Shown here in pieces: positions 57,122 to 64,000 of a DNA stretch of 64,000 bases; the first letter of the stretch is position 1; every line of letters begins with the position of its first letter. The notes beneath the pieces were generated by a model. The model was not told the origin of the DNA, did not search any database, and saw nothing but the letters and a program-made list of their open reading frames with translations. The position numbers and the translations under genes are program-made. Origin of the DNA: Candidatus Woesebacteria bacterium (GTDB lineage: Bacteria; Patescibacteriota; Microgenomatia; UBA8517); NCBI GenBank assembly GCA_016432525.1, contig CP066693.1:614175-678174 (forward strand), in the 5' to 3' direction.

Positions 57122-58034
57122 AAAAACAACAGTTTCAATCGGAATCCCAGCTTATAACGAAGAAGCAAATATTCAAAATGCTATTCGTTCTGTCTTAAAT
57201 CAAAAAAGTGATAATTTCGTTTTAGAAAAAATAATAGTAATTTCTGACGGAAGTAGCGACAATACAGTTGAAAAAGCATCATCATTTAAAGATAAAAAAA
57301 TTCAAATTATTTCAGGAAGAACAAGAATAGGAAAAGCAGAAAGGCTTAATCAAATTTTTAATATTACAAACTCAGAAATATTAATACTTTTAGATGCAGA
57401 TTGTATTCTAGAAAAAGATGCAATTTTTGAAATGATAAAGATTTTTAATAAAGACTCACGGATCACTTTAGTTGGATCAAATGCAACCCCGTTTGAAATC
57501 TCTGGATTCATAACAAAAATTGTTAACATTGGAGTAACAATAAATAAACGAGTAGGTTCTCAATACCACAAAGGCAACAATGTTTATTCTTACAGAGGAT
57601 CACTCATTGGTCTAACAAAAAAAATTTACAGATCAACAAAAGTACCAAAAGATATACTAGCAGACGATGCATATCTGTATATGTACACTATCAGTAAAAA
57701 TTTGAAAAAAGCTTGGTCCAAAAAAATTATCGTCTACTACAGAATACCTTCAACTATTTCAGAACATATTAAGCAAAGTTTGAGGTTTGTTAAATCCCAA
57801 AAAGCAATAAATAAATATTTCGGTGACTGGACAATAAAAGAATTTATCTTGCCCAGAAAAATATTAATTAAAGAGATTATATCATTAATCTTCGAACAAC
57901 CAATATTTGCAATTTTATTTTTAGTTACCAACTCGTACGTTTCATTTTTAAATTTAGTAGACGTTAAAAAAATGAATTACAAATGGGAAATGATTTCTTC
58001 TACCAAAAAAATTTTATATATAAATGAACAATAA
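57111..58034 (+). CDS. Family 2 glycosyltransferase (paralog group A)
   Basis: IGIPAYNEEANIQNAI...IVISDGSSDNTV...LLDADC, with a C-terminal tail reading NYKWEMISSTKKI. Confidence 0.75.
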   Translation: MKNKKTTVSIGIPAYNEEANIQNAIRSVLNQKSDNFVLEKIIVISDGSSDNTVEKASSFKDKKIQIISGRTRIGKAERLNQIFNITNSEILILLDADCILEKDAIFEMIKIFNKDSRITLVGSNATPFEISGFITKIVNIGVTINKRVGSQYHKGNNVYSYRGSLIGLTKKIYRSTKVPKDILADDAYLYMYTISKNLKKAWSKKIIVYYRIPSTISEHIKQSLRFVKSQKAINKYFGDWTIKEFILPRKILIKEIISLIFEQPIFAILFLVTNSYVSFLNLVDVKKMNYKWEMISSTKKILYINEQ

Positions 58035-58953
58035 AAACCAAAAAACATCAGTTTCAATTGGAATTCCAACATATAAATCGCCAGACACAATACCTCAAGT
58101 TTTGAAATCTTTATTTAAACAAAAAACCAAAAATGTCAAGATTTTAGAAATTATTATTTATTCAGACGGAAACAATGACGATACCGTCAAAAACTGCAAA
58201 AAAGTAGCTAGAAATAACAAAAAAATAAAGATTATCGACGCTAAAGTAAGACATGGAATGGCTTATGGCTTTAAGTATATGGCATCCCTTTTTAAGGGTG
58301 ACATCTTTGTTTTGTTTTGTGACGATATCAAAATCGCTGACAATTATCTCATTGAAAAATTAACAAAACCTTTGATTTCTGATAAAAAAGTTGGATTAGT
58401 AGGTGGTAACACAATTCCATTATCCCCAAAGAATTTTTTTCAAAAAGCTTACTTTTCAAGTTTCAACGCTTATCATAGAACAGCTTATAAACTAAAAGAT
58501 GGTGATAACAAACATACGTGCGATGGGGCAATATTAGCCTTTTCAAAAAACTTAATTAAAAAAGTAAAATTTCCAAAAGAAGACAAAAGACTTGGCAATG
58601 TCGATGCTTATATGTATTTCGCAACATTAACAAATGGTTTTAAATATCGTTTTGCTAAAAACGCCAGAGTTTATTTTGAGTTAGCATCTTCTCATTCAGA
58701 AATCTTATCAAGATTCTCAAGGAATAATTCAAACAAGTATTTATTAATAAGTCAATTTGGTGATATTGTTAAAAAAGAATACAAATTACCTAATGCTGAA
58801 CACAGTAAATCTCTAGTTATTGAATTTCTCAAAAACCCTTTAGGTTCAATCTATATCTATTCAATGGGAAGATATTCAGAATATAAAGGCAAACAAATAG
58901 CAAAAAATTTCAATCCAACCTGGCAAGTTATTGAGTCAACCAAAAACATATGA
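58024..58953 (+). CDS. Family 2 glycosyltransferase (paralog group A, more divergent)
   Basis: IGIPTYKSPDTIPQVL...IIYSDGNNDDTV, with a C-terminal tail reading NPTWQVIESTKNI. Confidence 0.7.
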   Translation: MNNKNQKTSVSIGIPTYKSPDTIPQVLKSLFKQKTKNVKILEIIIYSDGNNDDTVKNCKKVARNNKKIKIIDAKVRHGMAYGFKYMASLFKGDIFVLFCDDIKIADNYLIEKLTKPLISDKKVGLVGGNTIPLSPKNFFQKAYFSSFNAYHRTAYKLKDGDNKHTCDGAILAFSKNLIKKVKFPKEDKRLGNVDAYMYFATLTNGFKYRFAKNARVYFELASSHSEILSRFSRNNSNKYLLISQFGDIVKKEYKLPNAEHSKSLVIEFLKNPLGSIYIYSMGRYSEYKGKQIAKNFNPTWQVIESTKNI

Positions 58954-60497
58954 AACTATCAAAAATAATATTCACAATTTTAATATTTATTTTCTCTTCT
59001 TTATTAATGCTTTTTGCCATCAAAGGAAGAGTAGACAAGTTAGACAATTTTTATTACCAACAACAAAAAGATACTAGCGTCGGTAGTCCATTTGAATCCT
59101 CAAATTCAAATGCCCGTTATGCTTTAACTGAGGCAATCGTTAAGGACAAATCCTTTCTTTTATCTCCGGATTTAGCCAAATTCGCTTCCCCTGATGTTGT
59201 CCAATACAAAGGCAAATTTATATCAATATTCACCCCTGGAATATCTTTAATAGGTGTTCCTTTTTATTTACTAGGAGAAAAAATCGGCATTCCACAAATT
59301 ACAACTTATTTATCAGTCACAATTTTTGGTATTCTAAATATTTTTCTAGTTGCTCATCTTGCTCGAAAACTTGGTGCAGGTTTTTATGAAAGCTTAATTG
59401 GAGGACTGCTGTTTTTGTTTGCCTCAAATTCACTTTCATATTCTCTTTCTTTCACTCAGCACGAGCTTTCATCTACAGTTCTTTTGCTTGCTCTTACAAA
59501 TGCAATAGGAGAAAGAAACTTAGTCAAAAACATTATTTTTGGAGTTCTTGTCGGAATCGGAATTTTGGCAGATATTCCAAATGTAATCTTAATGGCTCCA
59601 ATTGGAATTTACATTTTCTTTAAGCACCTAAGGTTAAAAAAGACTCAAACAAAAGTCAAAAAAACACTTACAATTTTAAGCCTTCTTGGAATAGTTTTGG
59701 GTCTAATCCCTTTTGCAGGAATTTTTGCTTACTATAATTTCAAAACAACTGGTTCCTACGCAAAAATCGCTCAAAACATAGGTCGATCAAATGCTTTTAG
59801 CGTTGATAGTATTCAAAACTCAGACGATTATCTTAAAAAAGCAGAAGACGTTGGAGGAAAAAGCTCATCCTCTCTTCCTTTCAATTCCAGAAAAGAGCTC
59901 AGCGGTTTCTACACGCTCTTAATAAGCGATGAGCGCTCTTGGCTTTACTATAGTCCAATAATTTTAGTCGGAATTTTAGGTATTTGGATAGGTTTTAAAA
60001 GCAAAAAAGTTAAAGACATTCTAGTCATTGCCGTTGCAATCATAGGAACAAATATCCTTTTGTATTCCATGTTTGGTGATCCTTGGGGAGGTTGGGCGTT
60101 TGGACCAAGATATTTAATTCCAGCTGCTGCAATTCTTAGTGCAATGATCCCTATAGCTATTACCAAATATAAGAAAAAAATTATCTTTATAATACCAATG
60201 ACCCTTCTTGTAGGGTATAGCGTTTATATAAACTCTCTTGGAGCAATAACCACAAATGCAATTCCACCAAAAGTCGAAGCACAGTCATTATCTACTGGAA
60301 TTCCATACACCTATAAATACAACGAGAATCTTGCAAGCCAAAACCAATCAAGCTCGCTTGTCTATAACGCATTCATTACAAACAATCTAAGTCTTGATAT
60401 TTACATAAAAGAGTTTTCTTTATTCTCATTTGCTCTAATTGCATTCTCTTTCATATTTGCCTTTTTTGACAAAGAAAGGAAAAACAAAAATGTTTAA
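58950..60497 (+). CDS. Polytopic membrane protein, GT-C-like glycosyltransferase candidate
   Basis: About 12 TM helices. The first extracytoplasmic loop reads ...NARYALTEAIVKDKSF...PGISLIGVPFY. The assignment is tentative. Confidence 0.4.
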   Translation: MKLSKIIFTILIFIFSSLLMLFAIKGRVDKLDNFYYQQQKDTSVGSPFESSNSNARYALTEAIVKDKSFLLSPDLAKFASPDVVQYKGKFISIFTPGISLIGVPFYLLGEKIGIPQITTYLSVTIFGILNIFLVAHLARKLGAGFYESLIGGLLFLFASNSLSYSLSFTQHELSSTVLLLALTNAIGERNLVKNIIFGVLVGIGILADIPNVILMAPIGIYIFFKHLRLKKTQTKVKKTLTILSLLGIVLGLIPFAGIFAYYNFKTTGSYAKIAQNIGRSNAFSVDSIQNSDDYLKKAEDVGGKSSSSLPFNSRKELSGFYTLLISDERSWLYYSPIILVGILGIWIGFKSKKVKDILVIAVAIIGTNILLYSMFGDPWGGWAFGPRYLIPAAAILSAMIPIAITKYKKKIIFIIPMTLLVGYSVYINSLGAITTNAIPPKVEAQSLSTGIPYTYKYNENLASQNQSSSLVYNAFITNNLSLDIYIKEFSLFSFALIAFSFIFAFFDKERKNKNV

Positions 60498-62049
60498 AAA
60501 ATATGCTCTTTTTTTTGTAGTTTTAGTTCTCACAGTAATCTCTATCTATAACTTCATTTTTTATTACAAAAATGGCTTGGGGCTTTCATATAATGACGCC
60601 AGATCTCACTTAGATATCGGTAGGCGCGTAGTAGAGGGTCTAAAGCCTGGTATAGCCCAGATCGGATCTGTTTGGCTACCGCTTCCACATCTTTTGATGG
60701 TTCCAACCATCGGCAATGACTTTATGTGGCATTCAGGCCTCTCAGGGGCACTAGAATCAATGATTTCATTTGTAATAACTGGAGCACTAATTTACAAAAT
60801 TTTAGAAAAGTTAGGAGCTAAAATGTTGGCTCGTTTAATAGGAGTAGCTGTTTTTGTTTTAAATTTAAATATTTTATATCTTCAGTCAACAGCCATGACC
60901 GAGCTTTTGCTTTTGGCAACTCTAACAGCCGGAGTTTACTATTTTATTTGTTTCTATCAGCATGAAAAAATCCTCGATCTAATTAAATCAGCCTTTTACA
61001 TTATGCTTTCTTCTCTTATCAGATACGAAGGTTGGTTTTTGATTGGGTTTGCAGGCATTGTGCTTGCCCTAACTATCTTGAAGAAAAAAGGCTACAAAGT
61101 TGCAGAAGGAACTCTTGTTCTGTTTACAACTCTAGCAGGAGTAGGAATAGTTCTTTGGATTTTGTGGAATCAACTTATTTTTAAGGACGCCTTATATTTT
61201 GCAATTGGTCCTTTCTCTGCTCACGCTCAACAAGCCGATCTTGCAAAAGCAGGTAACCTGCCTACAAAAGGGAATATTTTATTATCCATAAAAATCTATT
61301 TATATTCATTAATTTATTCAACAGGTGCATTCACCTCATTTTTGGGATTAATTGGAGCAATAGTTTTATGGTTTGACAAAAAAATAAAACCAGTTGTTCG
61401 TGTGGCTTCACTCACATTGATGGCTCCATTTATTTTTAATGTTTTAGCTTTATATTTCGGTTTTTCAGTTTTATCTATTCAAGGAATATCTGGAAACACT
61501 TGGTTTAATGTTCGATATGGAGTAATGATGATGCCTTCAATTGCAGTTTTTGTAGGTTACTTAGTGCATCGTGCCAAAAGCCTAAGATGGGTAATCATAG
61601 GCCTATTTTTATTTACAACTTTCTTTATGTTCGTAAATTACGATGCAGTTACAGTTGATGATGCAAGAGTAGGATCTAGTCAGAAAAATGTTTCAGAAGT
61701 TTCAGGTTGGCTAAAAGATAATGCTTCCAATAAATCTGGCTTTATTTTAATTTCAGCAGCTTCCCATGATGCTATTATCTTCTCATCTGGCCTTCCAATG
61801 GCTAGATTCATTCATGAGGGAACTGGAGCTTATTGGGAATCAGCAACAACTGCTCCTGACAGGTGGGCTCGCTGGATTGTTATGAGAACTTACGATGAAT
61901 CAGATTTAACTTACAAGGCATTAAGTAAAACCAAAGCGCTCGATAAATACAACCTTGTTGCTAAATATCCTTTTGCGGATGTGTATGAAATCAAACCAGA
62001 ATATCTAAAATTTTTAAATCGCGATCCCATCTTCGGAAAACAAAAATAA
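60490..62049 (+). CDS. GT-C fold membrane glycosyltransferase (ArnT/PMT-like)
   Basis: The first loop NDARSHLDIGRRVVEG...GSVWLPLPHLL resembles the ArnT/PMT DE...R...G.W.P...PPL loop. About 11 TM helices precede a C-terminal soluble domain. The ATG at 60490 overlaps the upstream stop (ATGTTTAA). Confidence 0.5.
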   Translation: MFKKYALFFVVLVLTVISIYNFIFYYKNGLGLSYNDARSHLDIGRRVVEGLKPGIAQIGSVWLPLPHLLMVPTIGNDFMWHSGLSGALESMISFVITGALIYKILEKLGAKMLARLIGVAVFVLNLNILYLQSTAMTELLLLATLTAGVYYFICFYQHEKILDLIKSAFYIMLSSLIRYEGWFLIGFAGIVLALTILKKKGYKVAEGTLVLFTTLAGVGIVLWILWNQLIFKDALYFAIGPFSAHAQQADLAKAGNLPTKGNILLSIKIYLYSLIYSTGAFTSFLGLIGAIVLWFDKKIKPVVRVASLTLMAPFIFNVLALYFGFSVLSIQGISGNTWFNVRYGVMMMPSIAVFVGYLVHRAKSLRWVIIGLFLFTTFFMFVNYDAVTVDDARVGSSQKNVSEVSGWLKDNASNKSGFILISAASHDAIIFSSGLPMARFIHEGTGAYWESATTAPDRWARWIVMRTYDESDLTYKALSKTKALDKYNLVAKYPFADVYEIKPEYLKFLNRDPIFGKQK

Positions 62050-62064
62050 TGTATAATCCCCTAA

Positions 62065-63324
62065 ATGTATATCAAAGATATGAAATTAGCTAAAAAATTC
62101 TTAATAGCAGGCGTATTGATCTTTTTGATTGCGCTTTTAAATAAACCCGTAATTAGCCACAATGGTGAAAGCGAGCCAACTCTTTGGTTGATTCAATCAA
62201 TCGACACAATGAAATACTCTCGTGATCCTGCTCGAGAAAAAATAAAGGACCCCAACTTTAAAAAAGTAATCGATGATCAAGTCAAAAAAATAGCTTCCAC
62301 TGGTGCAAATTATGTGGCAATAGCAACTCCATATGATCAGGAATTCGTTCCATTTTTAAAGGAATGGGTGAGCTCTGCGAGAAAAAACAACCTTCATGTT
62401 TGGTTTCGCGGAAACCTCTCGGGTTGGGAAGGCTGGTTCAACTATCCCAAGATTTCAAAATCAGTTCATAACCAAAAAATAAAAGAGTTTATATTAGCAA
62501 ATGAAGATTTATTTCAGGATGGCGATATCTTCAGTTCATGCCCTGAATGTGAAAATGGGGGAACAGGCGACCCAAGGCAAACAGGGGATATCATCTCTTA
62601 CAGAAATTTTCTAATTAGCGAATACAGGGCCACACAGGACGCCTTCACCCAAATACATAAAAATGTTTATTCCAACTTTTTCTCGATGAATGCAGATGTT
62701 GCCAATTTAGTCATGGATCAACAGACAACAAAGGCTCTTGGTGGAATCGTCGTCATTGATCATTATGTTTCAACTCCTCAAAAACTAGTTACAGATATCG
62801 TAACTCTTAGCCAAAAAACAGGAGGAAAGATAGTTTTAGGAGAATGGGGAGCTCCTATTCCAGATATAAATGGACAAATGAATGAAAGGGAGCAGGCAAA
62901 TTGGATTCACGAAGTTTTAGATAAACTCTCAGAAACAAAAGAGCTTATTGGTTTGAATTATTGGGTCAATCTTGGAGGATCAACAAGTATATGGAATGAT
63001 GACGGAACTCAAAGGCAAGCAGTTCAAGAAATCACAAATTTCTACACTTCAAACTTAGCTAAAGGATCAATTGATGACGAGATTGATAAACCTATAGAAG
63101 CGGTAAAAGTAAATATCGGAATTCGGACGGTTTTAACTGATAAAAATGGCTATTTTGAAATTCCAAATGTAAATAAAAACATGAGAGTTGATATACAAAT
63201 GCCCAATTACGAGTCACAAACTTTAGATATAGCAAATCTTTCTCACAAAATCGTTCTAATAAGACAAAATAATGGAATCATCTTCAAAATCAAAAAATTT
63301 CTCCATTTACTTCACATCATATAA
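62065..63324 (+). CDS. Exported TIM-barrel glycoside-hydrolase-like protein with a C-terminal CarboxypepD_reg-like beta-sandwich
   Basis: Signal/anchor reads KKFLIAGVLIFLIALL. ...ANEDLF... and ...IVLGEWGAP... are reminiscent of GH-A clan acid/base and nucleophile regions. The C-terminus NGYFEIPNV is CarboxypepD_reg-like. Confidence 0.35.
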   Translation: MYIKDMKLAKKFLIAGVLIFLIALLNKPVISHNGESEPTLWLIQSIDTMKYSRDPAREKIKDPNFKKVIDDQVKKIASTGANYVAIATPYDQEFVPFLKEWVSSARKNNLHVWFRGNLSGWEGWFNYPKISKSVHNQKIKEFILANEDLFQDGDIFSSCPECENGGTGDPRQTGDIISYRNFLISEYRATQDAFTQIHKNVYSNFFSMNADVANLVMDQQTTKALGGIVVIDHYVSTPQKLVTDIVTLSQKTGGKIVLGEWGAPIPDINGQMNEREQANWIHEVLDKLSETKELIGLNYWVNLGGSTSIWNDDGTQRQAVQEITNFYTSNLAKGSIDDEIDKPIEAVKVNIGIRTVLTDKNGYFEIPNVNKNMRVDIQMPNYESQTLDIANLSHKIVLIRQNNGIIFKIKKFLHLLHII

Positions 63325-63327
63325 AAA

Positions 63328-63356
63328 TTGACTACAGGATTTATCGATGATATAAT
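63328..63356 (+). promoter_or_regulatory. Promoter TTGACT, 17-nt spacer, TGaTATAAT for the 63373 gene
   Basis: The -35 sits at 63328-63333 and the -10 at 63351-63356. The ATG follows about 17 nt later. Confidence 0.55.
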
Positions 63357-63372
63357 CCCATAAATTATTACT

Positions 63373-63882
63373 ATGGTAAATATACCAACCTTTCCTTCTT
63401 GTCCAAACCCAAATGCCACTTTGCGTGTTAAATACGACACAGGCATTCACGGAATAGTAGGTGACACCTCAAACCACACTGGTTCGGATACCGTCTACAC
63501 ATTAGATCAAGGTAATATAGTTCAATGTTATTGCGACTCAGAAAATTCAGGTATTCAAACCAATTGGATTAAGGCAAACAACTTCTCTCAAGAAGATATT
63601 CAAATTCTTAAAAATCAAGGCTGGTTTTACATTCCCAATGGCTCTCTTTGGGGTTTAGATGAAGCTCCCTATATGGCTCAAAACATTAACTTTAACTGTC
63701 AACAAAACTCAAACACAGGAGGTGGGCAAGTTCTATCATCTGCTGCCTCAACTCAAAATATCGGAGGTCAAATCTTAGGCCTTTCCAATACATCCGGAAA
63801 CTATATTACAACAATATTTACTTCCTTATTTTTTTTACTATTAGGCGTAACTTTTCTCCAAATCCTGAAGAAACTAAAATAA
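63373..63882 (+). CDS. Hypothetical Cys-containing protein with a C-terminal TM anchor
   Basis: It has its own strong promoter. The C-terminus reads ...LSNTSGNYITTIFTSLFFLLLGVTFLQILKKLK. The last ~21 codons overlap the convergent PAP2 gene, so the exact C-terminus is uncertain. Confidence 0.4.
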   Translation: MVNIPTFPSCPNPNATLRVKYDTGIHGIVGDTSNHTGSDTVYTLDQGNIVQCYCDSENSGIQTNWIKANNFSQEDIQILKNQGWFYIPNGSLWGLDEAPYMAQNINFNCQQNSNTGGGQVLSSAASTQNIGGQILGLSNTSGNYITTIFTSLFFLLLGVTFLQILKKLK

Positions 63883-64000
63883 ACCCAACAAAGGCATAAA
63901 TCGCTCCAATTATTGCGTCCACAAAAAAATGCTCCCCAAGATAGACTATTGAAAACCAAACACCAATTGTATAAATCCCAAAAATTATAGAAAGTTTTTT
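63818..64000 (-). CDS. PAP2-family phosphatase (BcrC/PgpB-like), C-terminal fragment; the 5' end lies beyond the window
   Basis: The minus-strand frame is open from the window edge to a TAA at 63818-63820. ...SIVYLGEHFFVDAIIGAIYAFVGF matches PAP2 motif 3 (YLGVHYPSDV..G). Confidence 0.5.
   Translation of the reverse strand, partial: KKLSIIFGIYTIGVWFSIVYLGEHFFVDAIIGAIYAFVGFILVSSGFGEKLRLIVKKIRK

Noticed and set aside
1-64000. CRISPR arrays, IS elements or integrases, rRNA genes, and alternative genetic code
   Set aside because: There are no spaced direct-repeat arrays and no transposase, recombinase or rRNA signatures. TGA functions as a stop (ruvC, MFS gene), so the standard code applies.

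Overview
This 64-kb window is AT-rich (about 33% GC) and densely packed with short overlapping genes that often end in Lys-rich tails. It uses the standard genetic code: TGA ends ruvC and the MFS gene. The gene content and style suggest a reduced-genome Patescibacteria/CPR-like bacterium, but that placement is inference only. I found no rRNA, CRISPR array, transposase or integrase. Hand-derived coordinates (RNAs, promoters, terminators, revised starts) may be off by 1-2 nt; CDS coordinates follow the supplied ORF track unless a start was revised.

Content falls into three blocks.

(1) 1-8645: a secreted LamG-like plus peptidase-C39-like protein running off the left edge, then a first glycan operon. 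The operon holds a GT2, a Wzx-like flippase, a SAM methyltransferase, a GT2 fused to a GT-C membrane domain, another GT2 and an O-antigen-ligase-like protein.

(2) 8617-47078: informational, repair and central-metabolism genes. These are tRNA-Thr(CGT) and tRNA-Gly(CCC) in one minus-strand unit, tRNA-Asp(GTC), and a tRNA-like gene at 23926-23996 with an anomalous 6-nt anticodon loop. Proteins here are a two-LysM protein, PolX, LemA-HtpX, gatC-gatA with an MFS gene inserted before gatB, dnaE, rplS, ruvC, a holA-like gene, and a phosphomannomutase/PGI-PMI/ppsA/eno/gpmI block. They continue with lexA, uvrB, uvrA, a transglutaminase-like membrane protein, a short uvrC, a holin-family protein, SecG, a solute-binding protein, cyclophilin, a histidine phosphatase and an orphan receiver-only response regulator.

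(3) 47194-63324: a roughly 16-kb co-directional glycan operon behind a single strong TTGCAA-17-TGaTATAAT promoter. It opens with a 1535-aa four-module protein: a DPM1-like GT2, a processive GT2 with the QRSRW motif, a Wzx-like multi-TM block and a GT4 module. Downstream are two tandem protein-kinase-fold (WaaP/Kdo-kinase/APH-like) genes, a methyltransferase, three paralogous GT2s with a conserved C-terminal tail, a NodB deacetylase, a GT4, two GT-C membrane proteins and a TIM-barrel hydrolase-like protein.

Recurrent regulatory features are an extended -10 consensus TGaTATAAT at at least five promoters and an exact 20-bp element duplicated at 9508 and 35218. A further motif, TTGTGAGA-N3/4-TTTTCCAA, is shared upstream of polX and in the lexA divergent region, where a 31-codon ORF sits opposite lexA.
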